DNA from: Marsupella aquatica
Lineage: Eukaryota > Plantae > Marchantiophyta
Direction of reading: 5' to 3'
NCBI GenBank assembly: GCA_973895155.1
Contig: OZ316891.1
Span: 25,419,899-25,483,898 of the forward strand
DNA length: 64,000 nucleotides
Shown: in pieces, positions 1 to 12,164 of the stretch
How positions within the stretch are numbered: the stretch's first letter is position 1
Layout: every line of letters starts with the position of its first letter
The notes under the pieces: model-generated
Database searches by the model: none
What the model saw: only the letters and a program-made list of their open reading frames with translations
What the model was told of the DNA's origin: nothing
Program-made: the position numbers and the translations under genes

Positions 1-599
1 AATTCACCACACTCAAATCCAGCCATCACAATATTTCACCTTTCAAGTCAGCCAACCAACGATTCTTCCCTGCAGATGCACTGTTCACCCAACGGTTGCT
101 CCCAATCTCCACTACTCCTTTCTTGGTTCTGTCAGGTCCTGCATTGCTTTCTGTGGTACTGCTTGGTGTGACAGGTTTAGGATTTGCTGGAACTTTTGTA
201 CTACCCTTTAGTGGACTTATAATGCCCCCTGCATCATCCCACATCCATGTGATATCATACAATAGTAACATCAATACCTTTGTATATGTCAAATAGTGGA
301 TACCAATTGCAATTGTTTATTGTTTCATAAGTGTAACTTACCAGATGCTTTGGCAACACTCTGTGGATAAGAGGCAGGCTCAACTACCTGTACATCTTCC
401 CCACCAGCCAACCAATTAGGCTCTGGCCATTGCTCAGAACCATAGGCTACAGTTGTCCCTTGTCCTGCCTCTACTTCAGGTTCATAGTAAACCTCCTTGT
501 CAGTTACTCCCCAATCAGGATGGGCAGAATCTGCAGTCACATAATTAAGCACTTTAATTAGGTCTTTAACATCACACTAGCATACCCTTTATTTCCAAA

Positions 600-1550
600 G
601 TAATTTACATAAATGCCAGAATTGAAGGGCAATTCCTACTCACATCTCCATCGTCTCTTGTTGCTCCATACTACTCAGTATGTTGTGTTGGTCTACCTTG
701 GCCCCGTGTAATGTGTGCTGGTGGTGGACCCGTAACATACACAATAGTGTGCCCAGCAGGTGGTGGTGGTCCATACCCATCCACTTGTGGGTCTGCTCTC
801 CCCTGAGAGGGTGCACTGTGTGTTGGTGGTGCTCCATACACCACAGTGTACCCCTCGCTGCGTGGGGTTGCTCTAACCTGACCTGTGCTGTGGGTATGTG
901 TTGTTGCTCTACTTGCAAAGGAGGGTGGGATGTGCCCACCATGTGGTGCAGCTCCATACACAACAGTGTGACCACCTACACCAACAGTTGTTGTTCCATA
1001 CCCATTGCTCTGTTGGGTTTTACCTGGAGGTGGAGGTGGTATGTGCCCAGCACGCCCCACCGGACCCACTGCAATGTAATGCACTGTGCTTCGCCCTCCA
1101 AATGTTGTTGTACTGTGCCCACGGCCCATACCCTGAGCAGCAAGTCCACCTCTCTTAGCCTGCAAGAACATATGTGCAAGGACAATAAACTTAAAAGAAG
1201 TATCTTCCTCTGACTTGCCACACTCACATGAGCCAAACATATCACTACTGTGATACACTACTTCAACACTTCATTACCAAAATTTTCCTGGGCTCCTCGA
1301 CAGTACGCTTGCCCTGCCCATATTCTTCATCATGTGCATTGGGCTCCTCCTCTGGATAGTACTCTACATCATCAAATTCCTTATGGTTTTCACTAGACCC
1401 AACATCTTGCCCATCATCTGCAGAATCTGCCATCGATGGAATGTCCTTTACTGCTAGTCTCTCACTACGTCACCGAGGTCCACTTGCACTGTCACTAATG
1501 CTTTGCCTAGCCCTTCTGTGCACTATACTTCTCCTGTCTGGGAGCCTGCA
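600..1550 (-). pseudogene. Pro/Gly/His-rich exon(s), probably the N-terminal part of the CACTA-1 TnpA-like gene
   Basis: ORF 671-1258 has repeated GHTVVYGxPP motifs; lies downstream of TnpD on the same strand. No recognisable domain. Confidence 0.3.
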
Positions 1551-1797
1551 AGCCATCCAAAAGCAACATCCATTGAACAACTCTAGTAAACATAGCTACA
1601 TTCATTCCAATTAATGAGCAAAGTCTGGATAGGTTCTGTGGATGATAATTGTTCCCTTACAAAGCGGAAAATCCCTATTTGAGCTCAGCTCCCAAAGTTG
1701 CCAGCCTCTCATCAACATATGTTGCACGTATCATGGCTTGCTTTTCAGACTCACTCATCTCATCATCATCTTCTTCCATCCTATTCAATGACAAACA

Positions 1798-2552
1798 TTA
1801 TTGCATACGCATGGTGTCAGGCTCAGCCTCTACAAATGGCTCCTCACCCTCCCAAGCATCCACCCATGTTAGAGGAACATACTCTGTGCTTGTCTGAATA
1901 GTACCAACGTCTCCAATACGTGGTTGTTCAAATGCACTATGTCTATCTAAATGAAACTCTAGCTTTGAGCCTTCTACCCTACGATTTCTGGGCTGCTTAT
2001 GACACACTACCCTCCAACCTGGGTTCTCTTCCACATACAAGAAGAAGGCCTGCTCCACCTGACTGGGATACACAAAAGGCTGCTCCCATTCGGGCAACTT
2101 GGACTTGAATTGGCAAGCCAAAAGCCATCCCGGTCTCTTTTCATACTGGCCCTGTTACCACGCCACACTTGTCTTACCCATTCACCCTTCATCAAAATTA
2201 CAGGAGTGGATGTGGCTCCATAGTCAAGAAGCCAGATATCACTTAGTTCTCCTACATACCCCATCTGCAACACTCCACTACTTTCATTAGGGCTCTCATG
2301 CTGAAATACACAAATGAGCCCACAATCATATGTTACCCTGGAAGAAGTTGTTTCATCTCTCACTCTATAGTGATTGCCATATGCTGCCATCTGTTTGTAA
2401 GACTTTACCAGCAACCGTGGAGGATTGGAGAGGAGATAGACATCTGCATCCATATTAGGATGGCTTGCATGATGCTCTCGAACTGTGCATCTCAGCCATT
2501 CTGACATGCATGGGAATGTGGTAGACGTGCTTGATTGAATAGCCTTCTGTGC
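1798..2552 (-). pseudogene. CACTA TnpD C-terminal exon (DUF4216-like), frameshifted
   Basis: YVGELSDIWLLDYG...KGEWV...RDRDGFWLAN then EQPFVYPSQVEQAFF...WRVV across two frames (ORFs 2007-2591 and 1798-2121). Confidence 0.8.
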
Positions 2553-2687
2553 CTCGTACTCCCTACACATATAAGTGCATGGATTTAGCAATCAGAGTAC
2601 ACATTCTATACATATCTGCAATTTAGAAACCAAGGGCAACAAAGAAAATTGAAAACAAGTTACATACAGGGAGACCAAAGTAGGTAC

Positions 2688-3176
2688 TCACTCCAGCCAG
2701 GGTTGCATTGCATCAGTGTTTTCCAGAACGTACTGATGAGCCAAGTCTCTAATTTTGATGGTCAGCTTCACTGTGGTTGCAGCACCTTGTAGGACTTCCC
2801 CAGACACCCCTTCTTCTTCATCAGAATTCCATACTTGCCTTGTCACATGCTTGTAATCTGCTAGGTACTCTGTGATGTAGCCCAGAGTTTCATCTTTTAT
2901 ATAACCCCGAGCCATACTTGCCTCTGGCCTATAGTAAGATCTCACATGACCCTTCATCAACTTCATGTACCGCTCTAGGGGGTACAACCAGTGTGCTGTC
3001 ACCGGCCCGTACTGGTCTATTTCTTCCACAACATGGATGAGCAGATGAGTCATTACATCAAAGAATGCAGGCGGGAAATATATTTCAAGATCACACAACA
3101 ATAGTGCCACATCTTTCTTCAACTGGGGAAACTGTGCAGCATCCCACACCTTTACACAAACTCTGTGGAACACATC
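2688..3176 (-). pseudogene. CACTA TnpD transposase exon (DUF4218-like)
   Basis: LCDLEIYFPPAFFDVMTHLLIH...GPV...WLYPLERYMKLMKGHV...PEASMARGY is the En/Spm TnpD signature. Confidence 0.9.
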
Positions 3177-3195
3177 CACTAGAAGGAAATCGGGA
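3177..3195. repeat. CACTA terminal inverted repeat (one end); candidate 3-bp TSD ATC at 3174-3176
   Basis: CACTAGAAGGAAATCGGGA begins exactly where the TnpD frame of element 1 breaks. Confidence 0.75.
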
Positions 3196-3383
3196 TTTTA
3201 TCACTACCTAATTCACTTGTTTCAGAGTGATAACGGACAATTTACAACTCAATGGTTTGAGTGCACTAATGTCAGTCGCTTTAGACAACTAGTCGTATTG
3301 AGCATGAAGTTGTTTATAACAAGTACTCAAAATGTATGAGTGGTTTATGTCACCATCGGTTTCAAACCCAACGGTCTTAAATA

Positions 3384-3921
3384 ACTAGAAAAATAACAGT
3401 CATTTAAATTTTGCCCAAAACAACTACTATGGTGACTTTTTTTGACAAATGATACTTAGACATGTGGCGGTCTCCACAATCATTGGGGGTGACATTTGCC
3501 AAAAGTCAATTGTGGTCAATGCACCTTGAACCTCAAACAACTTCTTTCATGACTAGAATTCAAGTAGAAACTATATAGCCCTTGCCACTATATGACTAGA
3601 TTTTGAGTCTTAAAGATACTTTGTGTTGAACTTTTAATACTAGTTATATGACTAGAAAAATAACAATTATTAAATTTTGCCCAAAACAATTACTATGGTG
3701 ACTTTTTTTGACAAATGATACCTAAACATGTGGCGGTCTCCACAATCATTGGGGGTGACAATTGCCAAAAGTCAATTGTGGTCAATGCACCCTGAACCTC
3801 AAATAACTTCTTTCATGACTAGAATTCAAGTAGAAACTATATAGCCCTTGTGACTATATGACTAGATTTTGAGTCTTAAAGATACTTTGTGTCAACTTTT
3901 AATACTAGTTATATGACTAGA
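3384..3921. repeat. Subterminal tandem duplication, 2 x ~266 bp
   Basis: ACTAGAAAAATAAC...TAGTTATATG repeated from 3384 and from 3651. Confidence 0.9.
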
Positions 3922-4620
3922 ATTGAAATCATAACCAAATTACATTTATAACTTGTAGTGTCACTAAATTTAAAGTGATAACATGACATATTAGACACAT
4001 GTAGTACTTACAGCTATATAACTAGTTTGATGTAATAAAGATATTATTTTGCAATTTAATTCTTGATATATGTCTTAAATTGAAGTAGTAATTGTAAAGC
4101 ATTTGTTATTTGTTATATATGACTGTATTTACAGACCTATCATTCAATCCATTATTACTTGCTATATGACTACATCTTAAGTGTTATAGATTGCTACGTT
4201 ACAACTTTAAAATGGGTGATGAACATCATATCTTTGATAACTATAGTTGCAGTAGTATGACCATAGTCTAGTATTGATCACTTCAATTGTAGTGATTTGG
4301 GTGTACTATAGAACTTGAATGATAGTACATTGGAATGTAGAATCACTAGATGTAGAGTCATTAGTTTTAAAGTTCTAAACCCTAAATAGCAATAGCAAAA
4401 ACCTCAAATGTCTCACATACACATTCAAATAAATTTGAGAAATGACACAATCTTAGTAAGTCATCATTTCAAACACCAACAAAATTCCAGAGTGATACAC
4501 ATCTGGGAATCCAAAAACTGAGAGCCATAGTTGCACAATAGTATCCATGCTACCTATATGGGAACCTACATACTTCTTCAATCACATGGATTCTCTATTG
4601 CAAGCTCTACTCCTCAATTA

Positions 4621-7600
4621 CTAATCCCACTTCCTCATTAACTTCTGCCTCCACAAAAATGGGTGCCCCTTCACATGTTTGAGGGCTACCAAGCCTTCTG
4701 GGTGCTTTTCTTGGAGAGGTGCATCTCCATTCAAAATAGAAACAACTTTGACAATCAAGAAGCCAGTAGGAACTGGGTTGTCATAATATTGATCAAGTCC
4801 ACATACTCCATCGATTCTGGCAATAGCAGTCACCTGCTGATCCACTGGTGATTTCAATTTCACCATGTCTCCTACTTTAAACTGTCACACATCAACAACA
4901 TAACACAGCCATTTCATTACTTAGACTTGTTAATGACAAGTTACAGCAAATAAACGAATAGGACATGTATTGAAAGCAATCATTTGCTTTTGCTCACCTT
5001 CAAGACAAAAGGTGAAGGGATCGACTTTGAAAACTCTATAACAATGGCTTCTTCAGATGACTTTGTCAAAACAACTTCAGGTGTCAAAGCTTCTATTATC
5101 TCCTGCAAAACAGATTAGGGTGAGACAACTTACATAAGCATGCCCTACCAGGTTCACATTACAAATTCATGGGATAATGAACACATTAATAGTACAAAGT
5201 TTAGGGTTTAGATGGTATTCCAACCTTATCTTTGCCTACTTGATCATGTTGCGCAGGCAAACTGTATACCACCTATGTTTCTTCATTGATCTCTTGCTTC
5301 ACAATAACTGGGTCATAATTGTATTCCATAGCAGCATTGAGATCAATCCCCTGATCATCTTCAACTGCCCATTAACATTTCAAGACATTAGAAAACATTC
5401 ACTAATCCAAATCATGCATGCTTGATTACACATACTTTAACTGTCCTCTGTAAAGAACATACCTTCTTTGGTCAAGTCCACCAAAAAGTCTAGTTTCACA
5501 GCTGAAGTACTATGGCCTGAATGACTTTTCGGAACTGAACTCATTCGTGAGGGCATTGAAGACTGTCCCGACCCAACTGGGATAGTTCTGGTTTCTTCCA
5601 CATCTTGACTTAGGCTAGGTTTTGTCAAAACAGTTAACATTTTGTCAAACCCAACACTTACCCCTGTACTTATTGCATTCACAATCGTACTCAACATACA
5701 TCACCCTATTCATTAAAAGTGTATTTTATTTTGTTCACTTTTAGGCCTTGAAATGTACACTTTTTGGTCTCTAAATGTACACTTTTTAACCCCAAAAGAT
5801 ATATTATAGTACAATACTCTACACTTAAATACTCAATTGTAAACTTGAGGGAGAAAAAATGATCTTTACTAGAAGGAGTCTCATCCTAGTTCATTTATAA
5901 AAGATAAACATGAAAGTATGTCTGATGGCCATCACCTTTATTTCTTGCCCAAATGTACACTTTTTGAAAGCCAAATGTACACTTTCTATTGCCCAAATGT
6001 TCACAAATTGAATAATAATTCACTTTTAATGAATAGATTGATATACGCTCATCACGTCCTTCCTCGTCTCCCATCATAGCCCTGGAACCTGGTGTCTGCA
6101 ACCATTGAACAATCATACAAAAGTTAGTGGATATCACCTAGACTTGGCAATTTGGAAATCAAAAATTGGACTTGTGAACTAATACTCACAATTGACTTTC
6201 TACCTCTTTGATGAGATGGTGTGGTCTGTCTTGTGACAGATCTCACACTTGATACTCCAAATCTATCATCTTTTGAGCGTAGCTCAGACAGAGGTGGACT
6301 TTCCCCTCTTTTTCTCTTCTGAGCAATGAAACCAAACAATACATATTAGAATGAAACTTCTTGCTTCTTTGCATACCAATTGCTAAAACAAAGGAAGACA
6401 CATGTTGTAAGCCTACTTGTTGTTTACAAACATTCATAATAACTGTAAATGAATCTTGTATACTTACAAAGTTAGACTCTTTCCCACGGTAGCCACCTCG
6501 TCCAACCCTTGATGGATTAATGACTTTAGATCTTGCATACTTCATCTTGTCAATGCTAGACATCCCTTCTGGAGACAGCCACCACTCACACAATGCCTTC
6601 CAATGTTCAGGCTTCACATTCTCAGGGGGCTTCTTGTCCAAGCGTCTTCCACCTTCCTGAAAATGTTTGTGGAGTCTTGCTCGCTGTGCTTTCATTACTG
6701 TTGAACAATGAGACCTGAACTTCTTCATTGACAGAGTCCCCTGTACATATTCCCAATTGTTCTCCAACACAACATAAACATGAAGAAGAACCCCTGAGTC
6801 TTGCTTCTTAATCTCACGGATAGAAGGATTCAGTTTACCCATACACACAGCACGAAGATCATCTCCCCAACGTGCCCGATATGGATCACTGGGATCAACA
6901 TCATTGTTCCAAATCTGCACACAATGCATCATAAGAGACCAATAACAGAGGACAAACAATAAATCACAAGCATGATCTTTCACAAGCAACATACAGTGAT
7001 TGCAGCTTTCTTCATGCCCAACTTGCGACGCTCGCTTGTGTTCTCTTCCCATCATTTGTTTCTTTGCAGCACGAGATGATTGTCGTACGTGTGTCTGTTC
7101 TGATCTTTCTATGACAATTCCATCATCCAGATCACGAGCAGATGCTCTAGGCAAGGGTGTCACTACCACAACCAACCAAAGAGATTATGTTAGCAAGTCA
7201 AACATTAATGTAACTTGTGACAATCAATCTACAATTGTGAGAATCTCTGAACTCAGGATTCACTTGGCAAGTCAAAAACAAGTTCATGGCAAGTGAGGTA
7301 ATGAATAAATTACTTACACACACTCACTTCCTTTGTCCTAGGATCCACATATTATTTAAGCCCTGACTTTCGGGGAGCCTGAGGATAACAGTGTGCACAT
7401 TCAAGTAATTAGTAACAATAGCACCAGATTGAGATATACAGAAATTCGACAATTAATGCAATTAGCTTCAAGTGAAGTAGAAAATGACAGTGAGTCTTCT
7501 CTTACCTTACGTAGCTCTTCAACACCATTTGATTCAAAACCATCACTTAAACCTGCCCCATAATTTGTCTCAGCTGATTTTTCAGGCTCATCACTCCCAC

Positions 7601-7730
7601 TGTTGTCACTCTCCATGATTTTCTCCAGGTGCCTGCCAAGTAACCGTGAACTCCTACGCTTTGCTATAGACGACTGATTCTGTTCAGTCTTCTTTGACAA
7701 CTTAGATAGACACTTGACCCTTGCCTCACC
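4621..7730 (-). pseudogene. CACTA-2 TnpA-like multi-exon gene (Ptta/En-Spm Transposase_24-like domain and C-terminal Tnp1/DUF8039-like domain)
   Basis: KPPENVKPEHWKALCEWW...KMKYARSK...SRVGRGGY (6243-7175); final exon ...PVPTGFLIVKV...DAPL...PFLW (4621-4866); one exon split by a MITE. Confidence 0.75.
5700..6042 (-). mobile_element. 343-bp MITE of the element-B (Sola-like) family
   Basis: Imperfect TIRs ATCACCCTATTCATTAAAAGTG / CACTTTTAATGAATAGATTGAT; 4-bp TSD ATAC (5696-5699, 6043-6046); removal restores the ...DERMLSTIV frame. Confidence 0.9.
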
Positions 7731-7805
7731 CTATAAACTGCAATCACCCTGGCAATGTCATGAGTGTGAACCATTAGTAATAAAGTCAAGGCATAAAATC
7801 AAAAC

Positions 7806-7947
7806 TGTTGTAACTCATACCTGAGTTAAGTCTACCTTTGGGATAACTACCTATGTAACTACCCTAACTACTTAGGCTGTAGCCACATGTAATATTCTAC
7901 CAGGAATACAGATGGAACAACTTTTTTGTCTCATTTATCCCACAACA
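7806..7947 (+). repeat. 5' LTR of non-autonomous element copy 1
   Basis: TGTTGTAACTC...CCCACAACA, repeated at 11027-11169. Confidence 0.95.
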
Positions 7948-8482
7948 CGTTATCAGCACTTTGTCTCACCAGCGGAGCGGAGAGAAGAGAACAGGTTATG
8001 GCGATTAAAATCTGAAAACGCTTGGGAAGAGAAGAAGAAGAGAGATCGAACAAGAGAGCACTCTTTAGAAAATCGGACATAGAAATTCATAAGGCATTCG
8101 AGAGGAATCGATAAGGACAGCAAGAACAGAAGCAACATTCCCCTCTAGGGTGAAAAGGATAAGAAGAGCAAGACGACAGCAATAGAGAGAAGATGATCAA
8201 AAAGCAAAAAGAAGAATTCGATTAGGACATCGCGACCTCATAGGGATAGGCCTTGCTCGATAGCCAATGATAGCCGCACGGGATGCAGCTATCTTGGTGC
8301 GAAATTCGGCTATCACAGAGAGAATAGCTGCATATGAGGAGAGAGACGCTGCCCTTCTGCTATGTGACGTAGCTTACGCTTAAGAATGGTTCAAATTATA
8401 GATACTGGAGCAGTAATGGCTCAAATCGTACTAGTTGTGATTTTGAAGCTGTATGCTAGAGAAAGATTGACATGTAATTTAC

Positions 8483-9052
8483 CTCAAGACCAAGCTGCGT
8501 GATTAGAGCCTGGACATGGTCAGCTTTCTCGGAGTGTGAAAGCTTCGTGGGGAGGCGCATCTCAGCAGCGAACATGAAGGTCTCAGTAACTATTAGAAAG
8601 GGGAAGAGAAGGTCTTCCTGCATCACGTACGCGCTATTGCGCTTGATATAGCTGCCGGTCACCTGCTGCCCATCCAGCCGCACTGTCTCGCCCAGACTCC
8701 GTTGCTCAATGCGGCCGGCCAGAGTGTCCAGGAAGGTGGACTTGCCAGCACCGCTCGGTCCCATGATTCCCGTCAATTGGCCTCTGATAGCCTTTCCCAA
8801 AATCCCTTGCAGAAGGTCGACGGGATAGGACTCCCATTTTCCGTCGATCTTCTCCTGCTTGACGACAGTGTACGTGAGATCTTCGAACTCGAGGCCCAAT
8901 TCAGCGGTAAATCTTGTCGGCTCTGCACCTTGAATGGCTTCAGCATTCGGTACTCCAAAATTGAGTTCTCTGTCGCCGCTACGGGATGGCACATTGTCGA
9001 TGTCCTCCAGGACAGTTTTCAGCGTCTTCCTGTCATCCTACCGATGATTCAT
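8483..9052 (-). pseudogene. Captured exon 1 of a half-size ABCG transporter, STR/STR2-like
   Basis: GLEFEDLTYTV..KIDGKW...MGPSGAGKSTFLD.LAGRI...SAYVMQEDLLFP...ETFMFAAEMRLP...QLGLE followed by splice donor GTAAAT; early TAG after the ATG. Confidence 0.85.
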
Positions 9053-11026
9053 ATTTTGAAGTGCTCGATCGGATCCGAAGCCAAAAAAAAATGCTGCCAA
9101 GGTGTTTCGATCCTGAAGACCTTCCAAAAACGCCTTATGGTGTCATTCCACAAGCTGTCGAGTCTGAGATCAAATAGTTTGTGGCAACAACATCAGAGAC
9201 TTAAATTAACAGGCGCAAAATGTTTTGGTTTCGGGGGCCAAGTGAGGCACACTGGGCGTTTACCGAGATGATACATGGTTATACTGATGCGTCTGCACGA
9301 GTTCCACATTTGAAGTATATAATACTGTTGTATTTTGTAAGTTCATGGAGATCTGCGTTTTGGAACGAGTCATCAGACCTCCTAATTCCAGTCTGTGAAG
9401 GCGACCTCATACGGAAGATTGATTCATAAGGAACACCCATGCGCCTAATTCCCAATTGAAAAGATAGGAGGAGAGAAGACGCTACAGAAATCGAACGCAG
9501 ATCGTGAGCAAGGCAGGCAGCATCGCGAACATATAAAGACAGTCCATGATCGAACGCGAAGGGAGAAACTGAAAACTTTGAAGGAAAGAATGCGAGACAG
9601 AGGAGAGAAACAATAAGCACCGAAACCAAGGAGGATAAATCCAAGAACATTGAAGGAAGCACAAACCCGAAAAAGCAAAGAGAGAACGTGAGGAACGCCA
9701 GGAGAGAGAAGGACGTCCAGTGCAGATGGAGATCATGGTACAAGCTAAAGACGAGACGCCGGGCAAAGGAGGCAAACAAAGAGAAGCCATCAAACCAAAG
9801 GAAAGTCCTCCACCTTTTCTTCTAAGAAGACCATTTTACACTAAGGAATGGAGAACTAAAGAACAAAGAGACTTTCTCTTCAAAAGGAAAGAAAAACCAA
9901 ACAACAAAGCATGAAGTAAGGACATAAAGAAAGAAGCTAAAGTACAGAACCTACATGGCGACAAATGATGATTACTTCCACCAATTAATTTCATAAATTC
10001 AGGGGGAAATATTTTTCCCAGGGGTGCCTACTACACATAAAAGCCCTGTGCCTACTGCACATGGAAGCAAATGGGTGCCTACTGCACACCCAGCTAGAAA
10101 GGAAAAATATTTGACAAATTGAGGGGGAGACCTCAAGCAAGACTTGCCTCCCAGAAATTTAACCCATGGGATGTGCCTACCGCACAAGTGCTTTTCACAA
10201 CAATCAATATTTAAAAAAATGGAACTACATTCCATGAGTTAGAAGCATATGGCCAAATTATGAAAAATGCATTAAATCACCAATATTGGATGACATGTCA
10301 TGACGACTTAAATTGGAAATATCAAAGACCCCACATCATATCATAATAAGGTATCATATGATCATATGAAGTATGGTATCACATTACAAGGTACTATCAG
10401 GTGAGGTATGACTTGGTAAGGCACCATGACAGATGGTACGCTATACCTTGATAGGAAATCCCTATGATATATGAGACCTAGGATTGGACACTCCAAACGA
10501 TTCCAAGGCCAACGGATTTCAATCAACCATATCATCTTCATTATGAACTAATACCTTGTTTTTTCCTTGCATGTAATCTATGACCATTGAGGAATCTTCA
10601 TTGCCTGACCGGGAAGAGACGAAAGACACAAAACAGCATCAACTTTGCTAACACCAACCAAGGAGGATCTTCAACAAGCCTATAGTGTTGACAAACACCT
10701 TAAGAGACTTTGTAGAAATTACACATACACTATATTCTTAAACCCAATTATGTTACAACCATGGGGATGGTAATACTCTTTCCTCCCACAAAGAAAGTAG
10801 GGGAGGTTTTAATGAGGTTACATCCCCCACTTATACTTTACCATGCAACATGAATTATAAGACATCTATTAGGAGAAGCTTTACATTCATTTATAATAAA
10901 CTTGAGATGGCTACACCATTTATAAAATAGGCTAGACATAAAAAAAAAACCTATTGTATACCACTGAGTATGCCCAAAGTAGACTCTTGATTGTAACATT
11001 TAAACCCCAATGTTACAAAGGGGGAG

Positions 11027-11169
11027 TGTTGTAACTCATACCTGAGTTAAGTCTACCTTTGGGATAACTACCTATGTAACTACCCTAACTACTTAGGCTG
11101 TAGTCACATGTACATATTCTACCAGGAATACAGATGGAACAACTCTTTTGTCTCATTTATCCCACAACA
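11027..11169 (+). repeat. 3' LTR of non-autonomous element copy 1
   Basis: Near-identical to 7806-7947; preceded by the PPT. Confidence 0.95.
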
Positions 11170-11391
11170 AAAACTATATAGGGATAGAGTACATACTTTA
11201 AATCTCTTGCAGCAGTTCCTACAAACTGGTCAAGTATAGCTTGGTTGACTGCTATGTTCTTATTCCTCTGTGCCTCATAGGCATTCTCAAAACCTTTCAC
11301 CCCAGACCGATCATGCATTTCAATTCAAAAGTGCATAAAAAACACTATCACCAAAGAGCAATCAGTACTTCCTGCCCCAAGAGGCACATTC

Positions 11392-11895
11392 TCACTCTTC
11401 ATCTAAATCTTCTTCATCTTCCCAGACATCATCATCATCACTATCACTTCTTGTCAACACTGCCATCTCCTGAAAAACTACAATTTCTCCTTCATCCAAG
11501 GGCACTCGTCTGTTAGCTGCTGCAACAAGCTCAGCCTCAACAGCCTCATGACGATCCACAAGATCATTAAACTCAAGGTCATTTATACCCTCAACAACTT
11601 GTCGAGACCTCCCTTCCTTATGGAGGACATGTCTCCAAGAGGCCCTGGCTGTGTTTGGGTAAAAGAAAACCTGCTCAGTCTGATTGGGCAAGACATAATC
11701 TAATTTCTCAGCTGAGGGATAAGGCATATTGAAATTGGCAAGCCATAGGCCAGTCTCATCATGTTTCATTGATGGATTAGACCTGTCCTCTCCCCACTTA
11801 GACCGCACCCACTTTGCCTTCAAGATTATGGCTGGTTCAGAATGTAACATAGGTCCATAGTCAAGCACAAGTATCTGTGTTAGAACCCCCACATA
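11392..11895 (-). pseudogene. CACTA-2 TnpD C-terminal exon (DUF4216-like), 5'-truncated by element A
   Basis: YVGVLTQILVLDYG...KAKWV...KHDETGLWLANF...YVLPNQTEQVFF...WRHV; paralogous to 1798-2552. Confidence 0.85.
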
Positions 11896-12164
11896 TAACC
11901 CCAATTTAAGGAAAACCAAACTTTGGAAATTCCAAAAATCACTAAATATTATTATTTTAATAAAAAGGGGGCGACATGACGCGTGGCTGCGCGTGAAACC
12001 CTGAAAATGACTGCAACGTCACATTTTAACCAATCCAACTTGACGGGACCAAGAGACATGCTCACGCGAATAATAATAATAGAGAAATAAATCTTTGAGA
12101 TCCTTTATATATGATAACCAGTATATAAGGAGTTTACAAATGGTTTCTAGAACGACAATACAAA

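Larger units (their letters stand above)
1..3176 (-). mobile_element. CACTA/En-Spm element 1 (partial, interrupted at 3177 by CACTA-2)
   Basis: Contains TnpD-type exons (DUF4218/DUF4216-like) on the minus strand; the coding frame breaks exactly at a CACTA terminus. Confidence 0.8.
7806..11169 (+). mobile_element. Non-autonomous LTR retrotransposon copy 1 (Bianca-type PBS) carrying an ABCG gene fragment
   Basis: ~142-bp TG...CA LTRs at 7806-7947 and 11027-11169; 5-bp TSD AAAAC; PBS CGTTATCAGCAC; PPT AAAGGGGGAG; no gag/pol. Confidence 0.93.
3177..11895 (-). mobile_element. CACTA/En-Spm element 2 (3' part; interrupted by element A)
   Basis: Starts CACTAGAAGGAAATC at 3177, followed by AT-rich subterminal repeats, a TnpA-like gene and a DUF4216-like exon. 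The other TIR is not in the window. Confidence 0.8.

Noticed and set aside
8456-8992. Functional ABCG/STR gene
   Set aside because: Only exon 1 is present, inside an LTR element, with premature stops in both copies.
9279-10235. Hydrophobic ORFs within the non-autonomous LTR element
   Set aside because: Low-complexity purine/pyrimidine-biased sequence with no domain; conservation in copy 2 only reflects recent duplication.
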